Shown piece by piece: positions 25,003 to 38,291 of a DNA stretch of 64,000 bases (positions are counted from its first letter, which is position 1; every line of letters begins with the position of its first letter). A program made the position numbers and the translations under genes. Source of the DNA: Mobula hypostoma (Eukaryota); NCBI RefSeq assembly GCF_963921235.1, contig NC_086097.1, positions 251,226,001 to 251,290,000 of the forward strand, written 5' to 3'. Below the pieces are notes generated by a model. It did not search any database and had not been told where the DNA came from. It saw nothing but the letters and a program-made list of their open reading frames with translations.

Positions 25003-26070
25003 TTCCTAACTGATGGTAACAATGAGAAAAGGGCATGCCCTGGGTGCTGGGGGTCCTTAATAATGGACGCTGCCTTTTCGAGACATCACTCCTTGAAAAT
25101 GTCCTAGGTACTTTGTAGGCTAGTACCCAAGATGGGGCCAACTAAATTTAGTTTCTTTCTGTAGCTTCTTTCTGTTCTGTGCAGTAGCACCCCTCCCCCC
25201 ACATACCAGACAGTGATGCAGCCTGTCAGAATGCTCTCCACGGTACATCTCTATAAATTTTTGAGTGTTTTTGGTGACATACCAAATCTCTTCAAACTCC
25301 TAATGAAGTATAGTCACTGTCTTGCATTCTTTATATGCATTGATATGTTGGGACCAGGTTAGGTTCTCCGAGATCTTGACACCCAGGAACTTGAAACTGC
25401 TCACTCTCTCCACTTCTGATTCCTCAATGAGGATTGGTATGTGATCCTTCATCTTACCCTTCCTGAAGTCCACAATCAGCTCTTTCGTCTTACTGACGTT
25501 GAGTGCCAGGTTGTTGCTGCAACACCACTCAACTAGTTTGTGTATTTTGTTCCTGTACACTCTGTCATCTCCATCTGAGATTTTATCAACAATGGTTGTA
25601 TCATCAGCAAATTTATAGATGGTACTTGAGCTATGCCTTGTCATACAGTCATGGGAATAGAGAGAGTCGAGCAGTAGGCTAAGCGCACACACCCCTGAGG
25701 TACACCAATGTTGATCGTCAATGAGGAGGAGATATTATAACCAATCTGCAGAGATTGTGATCTTCCGGTTAGGAAGTTGAGGATCCAATAGCAGATGGAG
25801 GTATAGAGGTCCACATTCTGTAACTTATCAATCAGGATTGTGGGAATGATGATGTTAAATGCTGAGCTATAGTCCATGAACAACATCCCGGTTCAGCGTA
25901 GGTTGTCCATATTGTCCAGGTGGTCTAAGGCCATGTGAAGAGCCATTGATATTGTGTCCACCCTTGACATATTGTGGTGATAGGCAAATTGCAGTGGGTC
26001 CACATTCTTGCTCCAGCAGGAGTTCAGTCTAGTCATAACCAACCTCTCAAAGCATTTCATCACTATAGAT
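25003..26070 (-). mobile_element. Rex1/Babar-type LINE fragment, host of the L1 and the + strand Rex (continues at 21764-21957 and ~15697-15796)
   Basis: ORFs 25641..25886 and 25300..25692 (DYSSAFN, GVPQGCV, FADDTT); sequence is continuous across both insertions. Confidence 0.85.
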
Positions 26071-26382
26071 GTCTCAATGGGCCAAATGGCCTAATTCTAC
26101 TCTCATGTCTTATGGTCTTATAGACTTATAATCTAATTAGCCATTTTATTTTTGGAGAAGATCCAGCCACAATGACAAGAGGGACAAAGTTTCTCCCCTC
26201 AGCTTCAGGGACAATCCTTTCCTCAGCTGTACTCTGGTGACCGTAAAGCTGAGTTCTCTAAATGCTGATTGATTTCCTAATGGTCTGCACAGTAATGATA
26301 AGCTCTGCGTGGCAGATCTGGGGCCTCACTTCGGTGTACAAATTTATACTTCTCACAAATTTGCAAGCTTTTTCCAATGGGA

Positions 26383-26420
26383 GAATGAATGAATGAATGA
26401 ATGAATAAATAAATAAATAA
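26383..26420. repeat. Compound microsatellite (GAAT)n(AAAT)n
   Basis: Directly visible. Confidence 0.85.
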
Positions 26421-26616
26421 GCACGCAAACATTTTTACAACAAGAGGGTGAACACCAAATCTCTAGACAAATATTTCCTACTATTTAATAAACATTAGAA
26501 CACCAAATTTTGGTAACATATAAATAAAGCTAGAAATAATACTGTTCTGTTTTACTTAAACTATTGTATCAGACATGAAAATCTGAATGGAATTAAAAGA
26601 TGATATCTGTTAGGTA

Positions 26617-27449
26617 TGTGACGAAAAACCAAGTTATCAGAAGATTGATGCTAATGAGAGAGAGATAAGTGAGACAATGGAGAAACATTCAAAATGCTAA
26701 TAAGAGAGAAGAGAGAGATTAACGAGAAAGAAACACATTTCAGAATATTGACAGACCGGTTGCTTTGAACCTGAACTGTTTGAAGTTTGATGGACAGGTC
26801 GATACCCAGCAGGGGGATAAAAAGAACAGATTCGCTAAGGCACGACACACCACGAGATCACGAGATAACGAGACCCTGGAAGAGCGGTGTGCCCCCACAA
26901 GTTGGTGTGAGTTTGGAGGTCTGGTCGCGGGAACTGACCATAGACGCACAGGGTGAAAAGGGTACGATCGGTGGGAACCTGGTGTGTGTGTCCGCCCTTG
27001 CCTGGGTGCCAGGTTCACCGCGGAAGTACGGTCGTATCCGGAACGGAGGGGTCATAGTCGGTGACCACAGAAGACATAAAAAGGGTTCGCCCGAAAGCTA
27101 ACTGTGAAGAACATCAAAGGTCTGTTTGAATCAAAATTTGCATTCTCTCTCTCTCTCCAACGGCACAACAGCAATTACTGCGTACTGTACTAAGCTGAAC
27201 TGAACTCTGCGTCACTTGAGACTGATCATTTTACCCCTAGACTGCGATAGAGCTTGGTTGATTCCTGTTACCCTAGTTCTGTGTACACGTGTATATTATC
27301 ATTGCTAACCTGTTGCATTTACATCCTTACAATTAGAGTACTATGTTACTTATTTCTTTAATAAAACTTTATCAGTTTCTGTTAAACCAGACTCCAACTA
27401 AGTGGTCCATTTCTGCTGGTTTGGCAAACCAGTTACGGGGTACGTAACA
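26617..27449 (+). mobile_element. Solo LTR (833 bp) with 4-bp TSD
   Basis: TGTGACG...CGTAACA termini; GGTA at 26613-26616 and 27450-27453; shares 3' motifs with the 8314-9267 LTR. Confidence 0.88.
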
Positions 27450-28615
27450 GGTAACTGTGGAAAACATGGAGTCAAAGAACACTACAGCACAGAAACAGGC
27501 CATTTGGTCCACCTAGTCCATTCCAAAATAGTTCAAACTACCTGCACCTGCACCATAGCCCACCATACCCTTCCCACCCATGTACCTATCCAAATTTCTC
27601 TTAAATGTTGGAATTAAACCCACATCCACCACTTCTGCTCGCAGCCCATTCCACACTCTCACCACTCTCTGAGTGAATAATCCAGCACTTCCTGCAGACG
27701 TTTGGAACAAGGTTCCCCTTAAACACTTAACCTTTCACACTTAACCCATGATTTCTAGTTCTAGTCTCAGTCAATCTCAGCGGAAAACACCTGCATGCAT
27801 TTGTCCTATCTATACCTCTCAATTTTATATACCCTATTGAACCCTCCTTACTTCTTTACACTCCAGGGAATAGTCAACCTTCCCCTATAACTCAGGTCCT
27901 CAGTGTTCTCAGTTCAAAGCACATTTATTAACAAAGTATGTATGCTATATAAAACCTTGAGATTCCTCAAGTCCTGGCAACATCCTTGTAAATTTTCTCT
28001 GTACTCTTTCAATCTTATTTACTTCTTTCCTGTAGGTAAGTGAGTAAAACTGCACACAATACTCCAAATTAGGCCATGACAAAGCAAAGGGAGGACAATC
28101 AAGAAAACAGCTTTACACATTGTAAAAAGCATATGCTTCACAAAATACAGTACAATACACTGTTAACACACTGTTGGACCCTGATGTTTTTAATCCAAGA
28201 TTCTTTCAGAAGTCAGGAAAGAGGCACAAAACTTGTTTCAAGATCATATTATTTAGCAATAATGGAACAAATAAAGTTGGAAATCGATAGTGATAGAGGT
28301 CTAGTAAGAGAGGGAATTGCAAAAAAAAATTTGCTGCCAGGTAGTCAGCTTTTTATACCCATAGATAAGAAACATTCCATTCAGATTTTCACTTAAGAGT
28401 CAGCCAATCAGATACGCCCTATTCAAGTAATGCAGCAACAGAGAAGTTTCCACAGCTTTCCGAATTACACTATTCTAACTACTGTATATATATTGCAACC
28501 GTTAGGAAACATACTAAACCGTTATTGTATACAAGTAGTCATATAAAATACAAGCAATTAATTTTTAAACTACAAAGAAAGTAATAATTAAACAGGCTTA
28601 TTCAGCAACACATAC

Positions 28616-28664
28616 CTTATTGTTTGGTCTGAAAATTATAGATGCATTTTCATCATAATCAAGG
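28616..28664 (-). CDS. VIRMA: VIRMA coding exon 4 (SLDYDENASIIFRPNNK)
   Basis: 49 nt; CCTCAG acceptor, AAG|GTATGT donor; phase 2 to 0. Confidence 0.95.
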
Positions 28665-29773
28665 CTGAGGGAAGAATAGCAAACAGATTGAATTAAGTTA
28701 AACCAATCCACTGCTTCATGAAATTATGTATCTAAAATGGACAACACCACAATCTTCATAGAATGTTTTATAAAATACACCTTCAGATCATTTTTTAAAT
28801 TCTGCCAACTTTAAAAATTCATACATCATCTCAATAAAGTTTAAACTTACTTTACATGAAAAAGACGAAACCTTTATCCAAACCCAGAGAATGATACATT
28901 CCTGCCACAGGAGAAGACAATACTAAAATATGCCCTTGAATGGAAGGTCCTACAAAACATGGTGGATACAGCCCAATCCATCACAGGTAAAGCCCCTCCT
29001 TACCATTGAGCACGTTTACATGAAGTGCTATCACAGAAAAGCAACATCCATCATCAAGGACCCTAACCATCCAGGTGATGCTCTTTTCTCACTGCTGCCA
29101 TCAGGAAGGAGGTACAGGGGCCTCAGGACCCATATCACCAGGTTCAGGAACAGTTATTATCCCTCAGCCATCAGGTTTTTGAACTAAAGGGGATAACTTC
29201 ACTCACCCCATTACTGAACTGTCAATGACTCTTCATGTTCTCGATATTTATTGCTTATCTATTTAGTATTATTATTATTTTACTTCTTTTTGTATTTGTA
29301 CAGTTTGTCATCTTTTGCATATTGGTTGTCTGCTTTGTTATGTGCAGTCCTCCATTGATTCTATTGTGTTTCTTTGGATTTACTGTGAATGCCCGCAAGG
29401 AAATGAATCTCAGGGTTGTATATGGTGAAAGATATGTACTTCGACAATAAATTTACTTCTGAACTTTTGATCAAGAAGGGACAGATTTACTTGCCAGTCG
29501 AAGCAAGTAGCTGAAGAAGTGAGCGGAAGAATTTCGGGTTGAAAAAGTCGTTTTTTTTTTAAAGAACTGCTCGGGGCGAAGGGTCTGCACTGCGCAGGCG
29601 CGTGACATAGCGCGCCAAGGTTTAAAAAGCAGACCACCATATACAGCGGCCATCGTCGGAGTGGACTGAGTCAGAGTGGGACGGCTTTGGCTCAAACAGG
29701 CTTCGGTGAGAACAGGCACAGGCAAGGGTAGGTTCCGGTAAGTTTTTTGTTCAGATTGTCTAGCATAGAGAGA

Positions 29774-30708
29774 ATGCCAGGCAGGATGTTGGAATGCTCC
29801 TCTTGCAGGATGTGGGAAGTCAGGGAGCCCTCCGGTGTCCCTGACAACGACACCTGCAGGAAGTGCATCCAGCTGCAGCTCCTGACAAACTGCGTTAGGG
29901 AACTGGAGCAGGAGCTGGATCACCTGCGGATCATTCGGGAGAATGAGGAGATTATAGATCGTAGCTACAGGGAGGTAGTTACACCAAAGGAGCAGAGGAC
30001 AGGAAATTAGGTCACTGTCAGGCGAGGGAAGAGGAAAGGGCAGGCAGAGCAGGGTTCCCCTGTGGCCATTCCCCTCAGCAACAAGTATACCACATTGGAT
30101 ACTGTTGGGGGGGATGACTTACCTGGGACTAGCTGCAGTAGCCGGATCTCTGGCACTGAGTCTAGCTCTGCAGTGCAGAAGGGAGGGGGGAAAAAGAGGA
30201 GAGCAGTAGTGATAGGGGACTCGATAGTTAGAGGTGCAGATAGGAGGTTCTGTGGTCGTGACAGAGAATCCAGGATGGTTTGTTGCCTCCCAGGTGCCAG
30301 GGTCAAGGATGTCTCTGATCGATTGCATGACATTCTGAAGTGGGAGGGTGACCAGCCAGATGTCGTGGTGCACATAGGCACCAATGACATAGCAAGGAAG
30401 AGTGAAGAGGTCCTGGACAGTGAGTATAGAGAGCTTGGTAGGAAGTTGAAAAGCAGGACCTCGAGGGTGGTAATCTCAGGATTGCTAACTGTGCTAGGTG
30501 CCAGTGAGGGTAGGAATAGGATGCTCTGGAGGAGGAACAAGTGGCTGAGGAACTGGTGTAGGGGGCAGGGTTTCAGATTTCAGGATCATTGGGACCTCTT
30601 CTGGGGCAGGTGGGACCTGTACAAGAGAGACGGGTTACACTTGAACCACAGGGGGACCAATATCCTTTAGGGAGGTTTGTTAGTGCTATTGGGGAGGCTT
30701 TAAACTAG
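29774..30708 (+). pseudogene. CR1 ORF1 (Zn finger/leucine zipper plus SGNH esterase), disrupted
   Basis: CSSC, CRKC, VIGDSIVR, HIGTND, DGLHLN; in-frame TAG at 30008-30010 and a further lesion near 30668. Confidence 0.88.
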
Positions 30709-30710
30709 AT

Positions 30711-33631
30711 TTGCAGGGGGATGGGAACCAGAGTGCCAGAGCTGACAGCGTGGCTGGGGTGAAAATAAATGATATTGAAAGTTTAAGCAAATCCGCTGAT
30801 AGAAAGGTTGTGAGTGGTGGTAAAAATCTTCTGAGGTGTATATATTTCAATGCTAGGAGTATTGCGGGGAAGGCGGATGAGTTGAGGGCGTGGATTGACA
30901 CGTGGAATTATGGTGTTGTAGCAATTAGTGAAACTTGGCTACAGGAGGGGCAGGACTGGCAGCTTAATATTCCAGGGTTCCAATGTTTCAGATGTGATCG
31001 AGGCAGAGGAATGAAAGGTGGGGGAGTAGCATTGCTTGTTAGGGAAAATATTACAGCAGTGCTCAGGCAGGACAGATTAGAGGGCTTGTCTACTGAGTCC
31101 TTACGGGTGGAGCTGAGAAACAGGAAAGGTATGGCCACATTAGTGGCATTGTATTACAGACCACCCAAAAGTCAACGAGACTTGGAAGAGCAAATCTGCA
31201 GAGAGATAGGAGACAACTGCAGGAAACATAAAGTTGTGGCGGTAGGGGATTTTAATTTTCCATACATTGATTGGGACTCCCATACTGTTAGGGGTCTAGA
31301 TAGTTTAGAGTTTGTAAAATGTGTTCAGGAAAGTTTTCTAAATCAGTATATAGAGGGACCAACTAGAGGGGATGCAATATTGGATCTCCTGTTAGGAAAC
31401 GAATTAGGGCAAGTGACGGAAGTCTGTGTAGGGGAGCACTTTGGTTCCAGTGATCATAACGCCATTAGTTTCAATTTGATCATGGACAAGGATAGATCTG
31501 GTCCTAGGGTTGAGGTTCTCAACTGGAAGAAGGCCAAATTTGAAGAAATAAGAAAGGATCTAAAAAGCGTGGATTGGGACAGGTTGTTCTCTGGCAAAGA
31601 TGTGATTGGTAGGTGGGAAGCCTTCAAAGGGGAAATTTTGAGAGTTCAGAGTTTGTATGTTCCTGTCAGGATTAAAGGCAAATTGAATAGGAATAAGGAA
31701 CCTTGGTTCTCAAGGGATATTGCAACTCTGATAAAGAAGAAGAGGGAGTTGTATGAAATGTATAGGAAACAGGGGGTAAATCAGGTGCTTGAGGAGTATA
31801 AGAAGTGCAAGAAAATACTTAAGAAAGAAATCAGGAGGGCAAAAAGAAGACATGAGGTTGCCTTGGCAGTCAAAGTGAAGGATAATCCAAAGAGCTTTTA
31901 CAAGTATATTAAGAGCAAAAGGATTGTAAGGGATAAAATTGGTCCTCTTGAAGATCAGAGTGGTCGGCTTTGTGCGGAACCAAAGGAAATGGGGGAGATC
32001 TTAAATAGGTTTTTTGCGTCTGTATTTACTAAGGAAGCTGGCATGAAATCTATGGAATTGAGGGAATCAAGTAGTGAGACCATGACAACTGTACAGATTG
32101 AAAAGGAAGAGGTGCTTGCTGTCTTGAGGAAAATTAAAGTGGATAAATCCCCGGGACCTGACAGGGTGTTCCCTCGGATCTTGAAGGAGACTAGTGTTGA
32201 AATTGCAGGGGCCCTGGCAGAAATATTTAAAATGTCGCTGTCTACGGGTGAAGTGCCGGAGGATTGGAGAGTGACTCATGTTGTTCCGTTGTTTAAAAAA
32301 GGATCGAAAAGTAATCCGGGAAATTATAGGCCAGTGAGTTTAACGTCAGTAGTAGTTAAGTTATTGGAGGGAGTACTAAGAGACAGAATCTACAAGCATT
32401 TGGACAGACTGGGACTTATTAGGGAGAGTCAACATGGCTTTGTGCGTGGTAGTCATGTTTGACCAATCTGTTGGAGTTTTTCGAGGAGGTTACCAGGAAA
32501 GTGGATGAAGGGAAGGCAGTGGATATTGTCTACATGGACTTCAGTAAGGCTTTTGACAAGGTCCCGCATGGGAGGTTAGTTAGGAAAATTCAGTCGCTAG
32601 GTATACATGGAGAGGTGGTAAATTGGATTGGACATTGGCTCGATGGAAGAAGCCAGAGAGTGGTGGTAGAAAATTGCTTCTCTGAGTGGAGGCCTGTGAC
32701 TAGTGGTGTGCCACAGGGATCAGTGCTGGGTCCATCATTATTTATCATCTATATCAATGATCTGGATGATAATGTGGTAAATTGGATCAGCAAGTTTGCT
32801 GATGATACAAAGATTGGAGGTGTAGTAGACAGTGAGGAAGGTTTTCAGAGCCTGCAGAGGGACTTGGCCCAGCTGGAAAAATGGGCTGAAAAATGGCAGA
32901 TGGAGTTTAATACTGACAAGTGTGAGGTATTGCACGTTGGAAGAACAAACCAACGTAGAACATACAGGGTTAATGGTAAGGCACTGAGGAGTGCAGTGGA
33001 ACAGAGGGATCTGGGAATACAGATACAAAATTCCCTAAAAGTGTCGTCACAGGTAGATAGGGTCGTAAAGAGAGCTTTTGGTACATTGGCCTTTATTAAT
33101 CGTAGTATTGAGTATAAGAGCTGGAATGTTATGATGAGGTTGTATAAGGCATTGGTGAGGCCGAATCTGGAGTACTGTGTTCAGTTTTGGTCACCAAATT
33201 ACAGGAAGGATATAAATAAGGTTGAAAGAGTGCAGAGAAGGTTTACAAGGATGTTGCCAGGACTTGAGAAACTCAGTTACAGAGAAAGGTTGAATAGGTT
33301 AGGACTTTATTCCCTGGAGCGTAGAAGAATGAGGGGAGATTTGATAGAGGTATATAAAATTATGATGGGTATAGATAGAGTGAATGCAAGCAGGCTTTTT
33401 CCACCGAGGCAAGGGGAGAAAAAAACCAGAGGACATGGGTTAAGGGTGAGGGGGGAAAAGTTTAAAGGGAATATTAGGGAGGGCTTCTTCACACAGAGAG
33501 TGGTGGGAGTATGGAATGAGCTGCCAGACAAGGTGGTAAATGCGGGTTCTTTTTTAACATTTAAGAATAAATTAGACAGATACATGGATGGGAGGTGTAT
33601 GGAGGGACATGGTCCATGTGCAGGTCGGTGA
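30711..33631 (+). pseudogene. CR1 ORF2 (APE and RT) with a single frameshift
   Basis: ORFs 30711..32462 and 32459..33631; GGTAGTCATG at ~32452 versus GGTAGGTCATG in the sibling copy at ~60752. Confidence 0.92.
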
Positions 33632-35249
33632 GACTAGGCAGAAAACGGTTCGGCACAGCCAAGAAGGGCCAAAGGGCCTGTTTCTGTGCTGTAGTTTCTA
33701 TGGTTCATTGGAAATTACTGCCACGCATTTTGTGCAAGTGAGCCCACAATTCAACAGATACTGATAAATGGCCATTGGGGTATGGTGATAGCTTTAATGG
33801 AATACTTGAAGAGATGTACCAATATTAGCAGAATAATTTTTTATCCATCTCTGACTCTGTCACAATGTGCACTGTTAATTATTCCATCACCACAAAATAA
33901 AAATGAAAATTAGACAATTTAAAAACTGAAAATGCTGGAAACACTGCTGGATAAACAGCATCTGTGGAAAGAGAAACAGAGGTGATGTCTCGAGTCATAA
34001 CAGGTAAAGGTTATTAAATTCATGATTCAAGATTGTTTAATGTCATTTTCAGTGCACAAATATAAAGAACAAAATAATTGTTACTCCAAATGTGAAGCAA
34101 CACAAAAAATCAAGATTTTAAAAAAACACAATAATAATAATAATAAAAAACAATAAATATAAATGCATAACATAGATCATAGATTTTATGTCCATAAAGT
34201 GATGCTTAGTACAGGAGTGTCTGTACATAAGGTGACTCTGACAGGAAATGATAACGTAGTGGTGATTGGGGGTTTGGAGGAGAGGGTTAGTGGGCGGAGG
34301 TGTTGATCAGCCTTACTGCTTGGGGAAAGTAACCATTTTTGAGTCTGATGATCCTGGCGTGGATGCTACGTAGCCTCCTCCATAATAGTGGGTAGGTGGG
34401 TACTGGTGATGCGTTGGGCAGTTTGGACTACCCGGTGTAGAGCCTGGCTGTCTGCTGCAGTGCAGCTCTGTACCACGCAGTGATGCAGCAAGTTAGGACC
34501 CGAAAATGTTGAAACATAAAGTCAGTTTCTCTTTCCAAAGATGCTGCAGTGTTCCCAATATTTTTTGTTTTCCTTTCTGATATTATAGAAAATTACAGCA
34601 TAGTACAGGCCCAATGACCCATGATGTTATGCCGACCTTTTAACTAACTCCAAGATCAAACTAACCGTTCCCTCCAGCGCCTGCAGTTTGCTTTTAATAT
34701 TGAATTATAGATTCATTGTTTTAAAATAAGCTGCACACTTTCAACATATTTTGACCTCCTATTAAATATACTGAGTTTGGGAATTATAAAAAAAAAACGT
34801 TTTTATAAAGTGGGCATTCATCAGACACAATTGGAAACAAACTACAGAAACTGTCAAAAACAGTTCAGTAACTAAGTATCAGGTGGAGAATTACTGACTC
34901 TCTCCATCTTTCTGTTCTAGTTACAGATTTTCAGTAATTGAAGTTTTATAACTCAATTGATGAGTTACGATGGTGTGCTACATTTTTCTTGCAATCTGTT
35001 GGATACTGATAATGTAAATGTTTATTAAAAATTTTCAGGTCTCACAGCCTATTTCTGAGGAAGATTGAAGATGTAGTTGTAATTTCACTCTATGGCTGAG
35101 CATAAATTTTCTCAAATACATAAATAATTAACAGCAATTTTTTCTTATTATCCTGATTAAAATGCAAAATAATTTTTCATCATTGCGTGGGTGCAAGTTT
35201 TATTCTTTGCACAGAACAATGCTTCAGAAGCCTATTAGAACACACATTA

Positions 35250-35560
35250 ACTCAGTGGCCACTTTATGAGGTACACCTGTACACCAGCTCATTTACACAA
35301 CTACCTAATAAGCCAATCATGTAGCAGCAACTCAATCATAAAACATGTAGAAATAGTCAAGAAGTTCAGTTGTTGTTCAGACCAAACATAAGAATGGGGA
35401 AGAAATGTGATCTAAGTGACTTTGACCGTGGAATGATTGTTGGTGCCAGATGGGGTGGTTTGAGTATCTCAGGAACTGCTGACCTCCTGAGAGTTTCACA
35501 AACAACATCCTCTAGAGTTTATAGAAAATGGTGCATAAAAACAAAAAATTCCAGAGAACA
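35250..35560 (+). mobile_element. Tc1/mariner transposon 5' remnant
   Basis: CTCAGTGGCCACTTTAT terminal-like sequence; MGKKCDLSDFDRGMIVGAR..GLSIS.TADLL..S.TT.SRVY helix-turn-helix start at 35394; truncated by CR1. Confidence 0.8.
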
Positions 35561-37990
35561 GAGATGGAATTACATCTCTAGAAAGAGGTGACATAGGGTC
35601 AGAGAATGTTGAAGCTTTGTGGGTGGAGTTAAGAAACTGCAAGGGTAAAAAAAACATTATGGGAATCATATATAAGGCCTCCAAATAGTAGCCACGATGT
35701 GGGATTGAGATTGCAAAGGAAGCTGAAAAAGGTATGCAATAAGTGTAATGTCACAAATGTAATGAGAGACTTCAATATGCAAGGGGATTGCGAAAATCAG
35801 GTTGGTGTCGGATCGCAAGAGAGAGAATTTGTTGAATGCCTACGAGATGGCCTTTTAAAGCAGCTTGTGCTTGAGCCTACTCGGGGAAAAGCTATCTTTA
35901 ATTGGGTGTTGTGTAATAACGCAGATCTTATTAGGGAGCTTAATGTAAAGGAACCCATAGGAGACATTGACCAAAAAATGTTTGAATTCATACTGCAACT
36001 TGAGAAGGAGAAGCACAAGTCAGGTGTATTAGTATTGCAATGGAATAAAGGGAATTACAGAGGCCTGAGAGAGGAGCTTGCCCTGATAGATTACAGGAGG
36101 ATATTGCTGGGAATAACGGCAGAGCAGAGGTAGCTGAAGTTTCTGAGGATAATTCACAAAGCACAGGATAGGTATGTCCCACAAAAGGAGATCTCAAATG
36201 GCAGTCGTAGACCACTGTGGCTGACAACACTTCCATTAAGGGCTACATAAAAGCCAAGGAAAGGGCATTAAGGTAGCAAAAGTGAGTGGAAAGTTGGATG
36301 ATTAGCCAACAAATGGCAACTAAAAAAGCTATAAGAAGGGGAAAAATTAAATATGTTGGCAAATAAGCCAATAATATAAAATAGGATGCTAAATTTTTTT
36401 TCAGTTATATAAAGAGTAAAAGGGAGGCAAGAGTTGATATTCGATCACTGGAAAATGATGCTGGTGAGGTAGTAATGGGGGACAAAGAAGTGGCAGATGA
36501 GCTTAATGGGTACTTTGCATCTGTCTTCACTGTGGAATACTCTAGCAATGTGCCAGAGATACGTGAGTGTCAGAGAGCAGGATTGAATGCCATTGCTACT
36601 ACAAAGGAAAGAGTGCCAGGAAAACTCAAAGGTCTTAACATGGATAAGTCACCTGGACCAGATGGACTACATCCCTGGTTGCTGAGGAAATAACGGATGC
36701 ATTTGTCATGGTCTGTGAAGAATTACTTGATTCCGGCATGGTCCCAGAGGACTACAAGATTTCAAATGTCACTCCGCTCTTTAAGAAGGTAGGAAGGCAA
36801 AAGAAAGGAAATTATCGGCCAGTTAGCCTAACCTCAGAGGTTGGGAAAGTGTTGGAGTCAGTTATTAAGGATCAGGTTTCGGGGTACTTGGAGACTAGTG
36901 ATAAAATAAGACAAAGTCAGCATAGTTTCTGCAAAGGGAAATCTTGCTTGATTAATCTGTTAGAGTTCCTCAAGGAAGTAACAAGCAGGGTGGACAAACA
37001 AGGGGCAGTGGATATCATTTACTTGGATTTTAGGAAGACATTTGATAAGGTGCCACACATGAGGCTGCTTAACAAGATAAAATCCTATGGCATTACAGGG
37101 AAGATACTGGCATGGATAGAGGAACGGCTGACAGGCAGTTGCCACGAGTAGGGGCCTTTTCTGGTTGGCTGCCAGTAACTAGTGGTGTTCCTCAGGGGTG
37201 AGGATTGGAACTGCAACTTGTCGCATTGTCTATCAATGATTTGGATAATGGAATTGATGGCTTTGTGGCAAAGTTTGCAGATGAAATGGAGACAGGTGGA
37301 GGGGTAGGTAGTGCTGAGGAAGCAATGAGATTGCAGCAGGATTAGACAAATTGGAAGAATGGGCAAAAAAGTGGCAGATGGAATATAGTGTTGGGAAATA
37401 TATGATAATGCATTTTGGTAAAAGGAACAATAGTATGCGCTATTACTTAAACGGGGAGAAGGTAGAAACATACAAAATTTTGAAAGGGATAGATAAGATA
37501 GAAATAGGAAAGCTGTTTCCATTGGTAGGTGAGACTAGAACTAGGGGACATTGCCTCAAGATTCAGGGGAGAAGATTTAGGACGGAGATGACGAGAAACT
37601 GTTTTTCCCAGAGAGTGGCGAATCTGTGGAATTCTCTGCCCAGGGAAGCAGTTGAGGCTTCTTCACTAAATATATTTAAGATACAGTTAGGTAGATTTTT
37701 ACATAGTAGGGGAATTAAGGGTTATGGGGAAAAGGCAGGTAGCTGGAGCTGAGTTTACAGACAGATCAGCCATGACCTTATTGAATGGCGGGGCAGGCTC
37801 GATGGGCCAGATGGCCTACTCCTGCTCCTATTTCTTATGTCCTTATGTAAACATCAGAGATGCAGGGGGACTTAGGAGTCCTCGTGCAAGACTCCCAGAA
37901 GGTTAATTTACAGGTTGAGTCTGTGGTAAAGAAGGTAAATGCAATGTTGACATTTATTTCAAGGGGAATAGAATATAAAAGCAAAGAGAT
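35560..37990 (+). mobile_element. Older degenerate CR1 ORF2 with a nested CR1 3' fragment (~37463-37848)
   Basis: EPTRGKAI, DKSPGPDGLHP, NYRPVSLTS, FDKVPH; host CR1 resumes after the inner tail. Confidence 0.85.
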
Positions 37991-38058
37991 AATATAGATA
38001 GTTTTGACAAGAACAGGCCATTTGGCACAACAAAGCTTGCCAAATTCCTATTCACATA

Positions 38059-38291
38059 CACGAGGAAATCTGCAGATGCTGGAAATTCAAGCAACACACA
38101 CAAAATGCTGGTGGAACGCAGCAGGCCAGGCAGCATCTATAGGAAGAAGTACAGTGTCCCACTTTCAAATCTCTTACTATCTCTTCTTTCAGTTACTCCT
38201 GACGAAGGGTCTCGGCCCGAAACGCTGACTGTACTTCTTCCTATAGATGCTGCCTGGCCTGCTGCGTTCCACCAGCATTTTGTGTGTGTTG
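38059..38291. mobile_element. Fold-back Penelope-like pLTR-type insertion with perfect 64-bp arms and 14-bp TSD
   Basis: 38092-38155 is the exact reverse complement of 38228-38291; TTCCTATTCACATA at 38045-38058 and 38292-38305; hammerhead-like motif CTGACGAAGGGTCTCGGCCCGAAAC starting at 38199 (+). Confidence 0.85.

Larger units (their letters stand above)
29470..33706 (+). mobile_element. Full-length CR1 LINE (~4.2 kb), nearly intact
   Basis: CpG-containing 5' UTR, ORF1 (CxxC/CxxC, zipper, GDS esterase), ORF2 (APE and RT), 3' UTR ending TTCTATGGTTC; 5' boundary approximate, no TSD seen. Confidence 0.93.

Noticed and set aside
26150..26380. Non-repetitive-looking intronic stretch, possible extra exon
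   Set aside because: No open frame with usable splice sites resembling VIRMA; exons 4 and 5 already join in phase
28076..28520. 106-aa ORF and CCAAT/TATA-like motifs
   Set aside because: No recognisable domain or element boundaries
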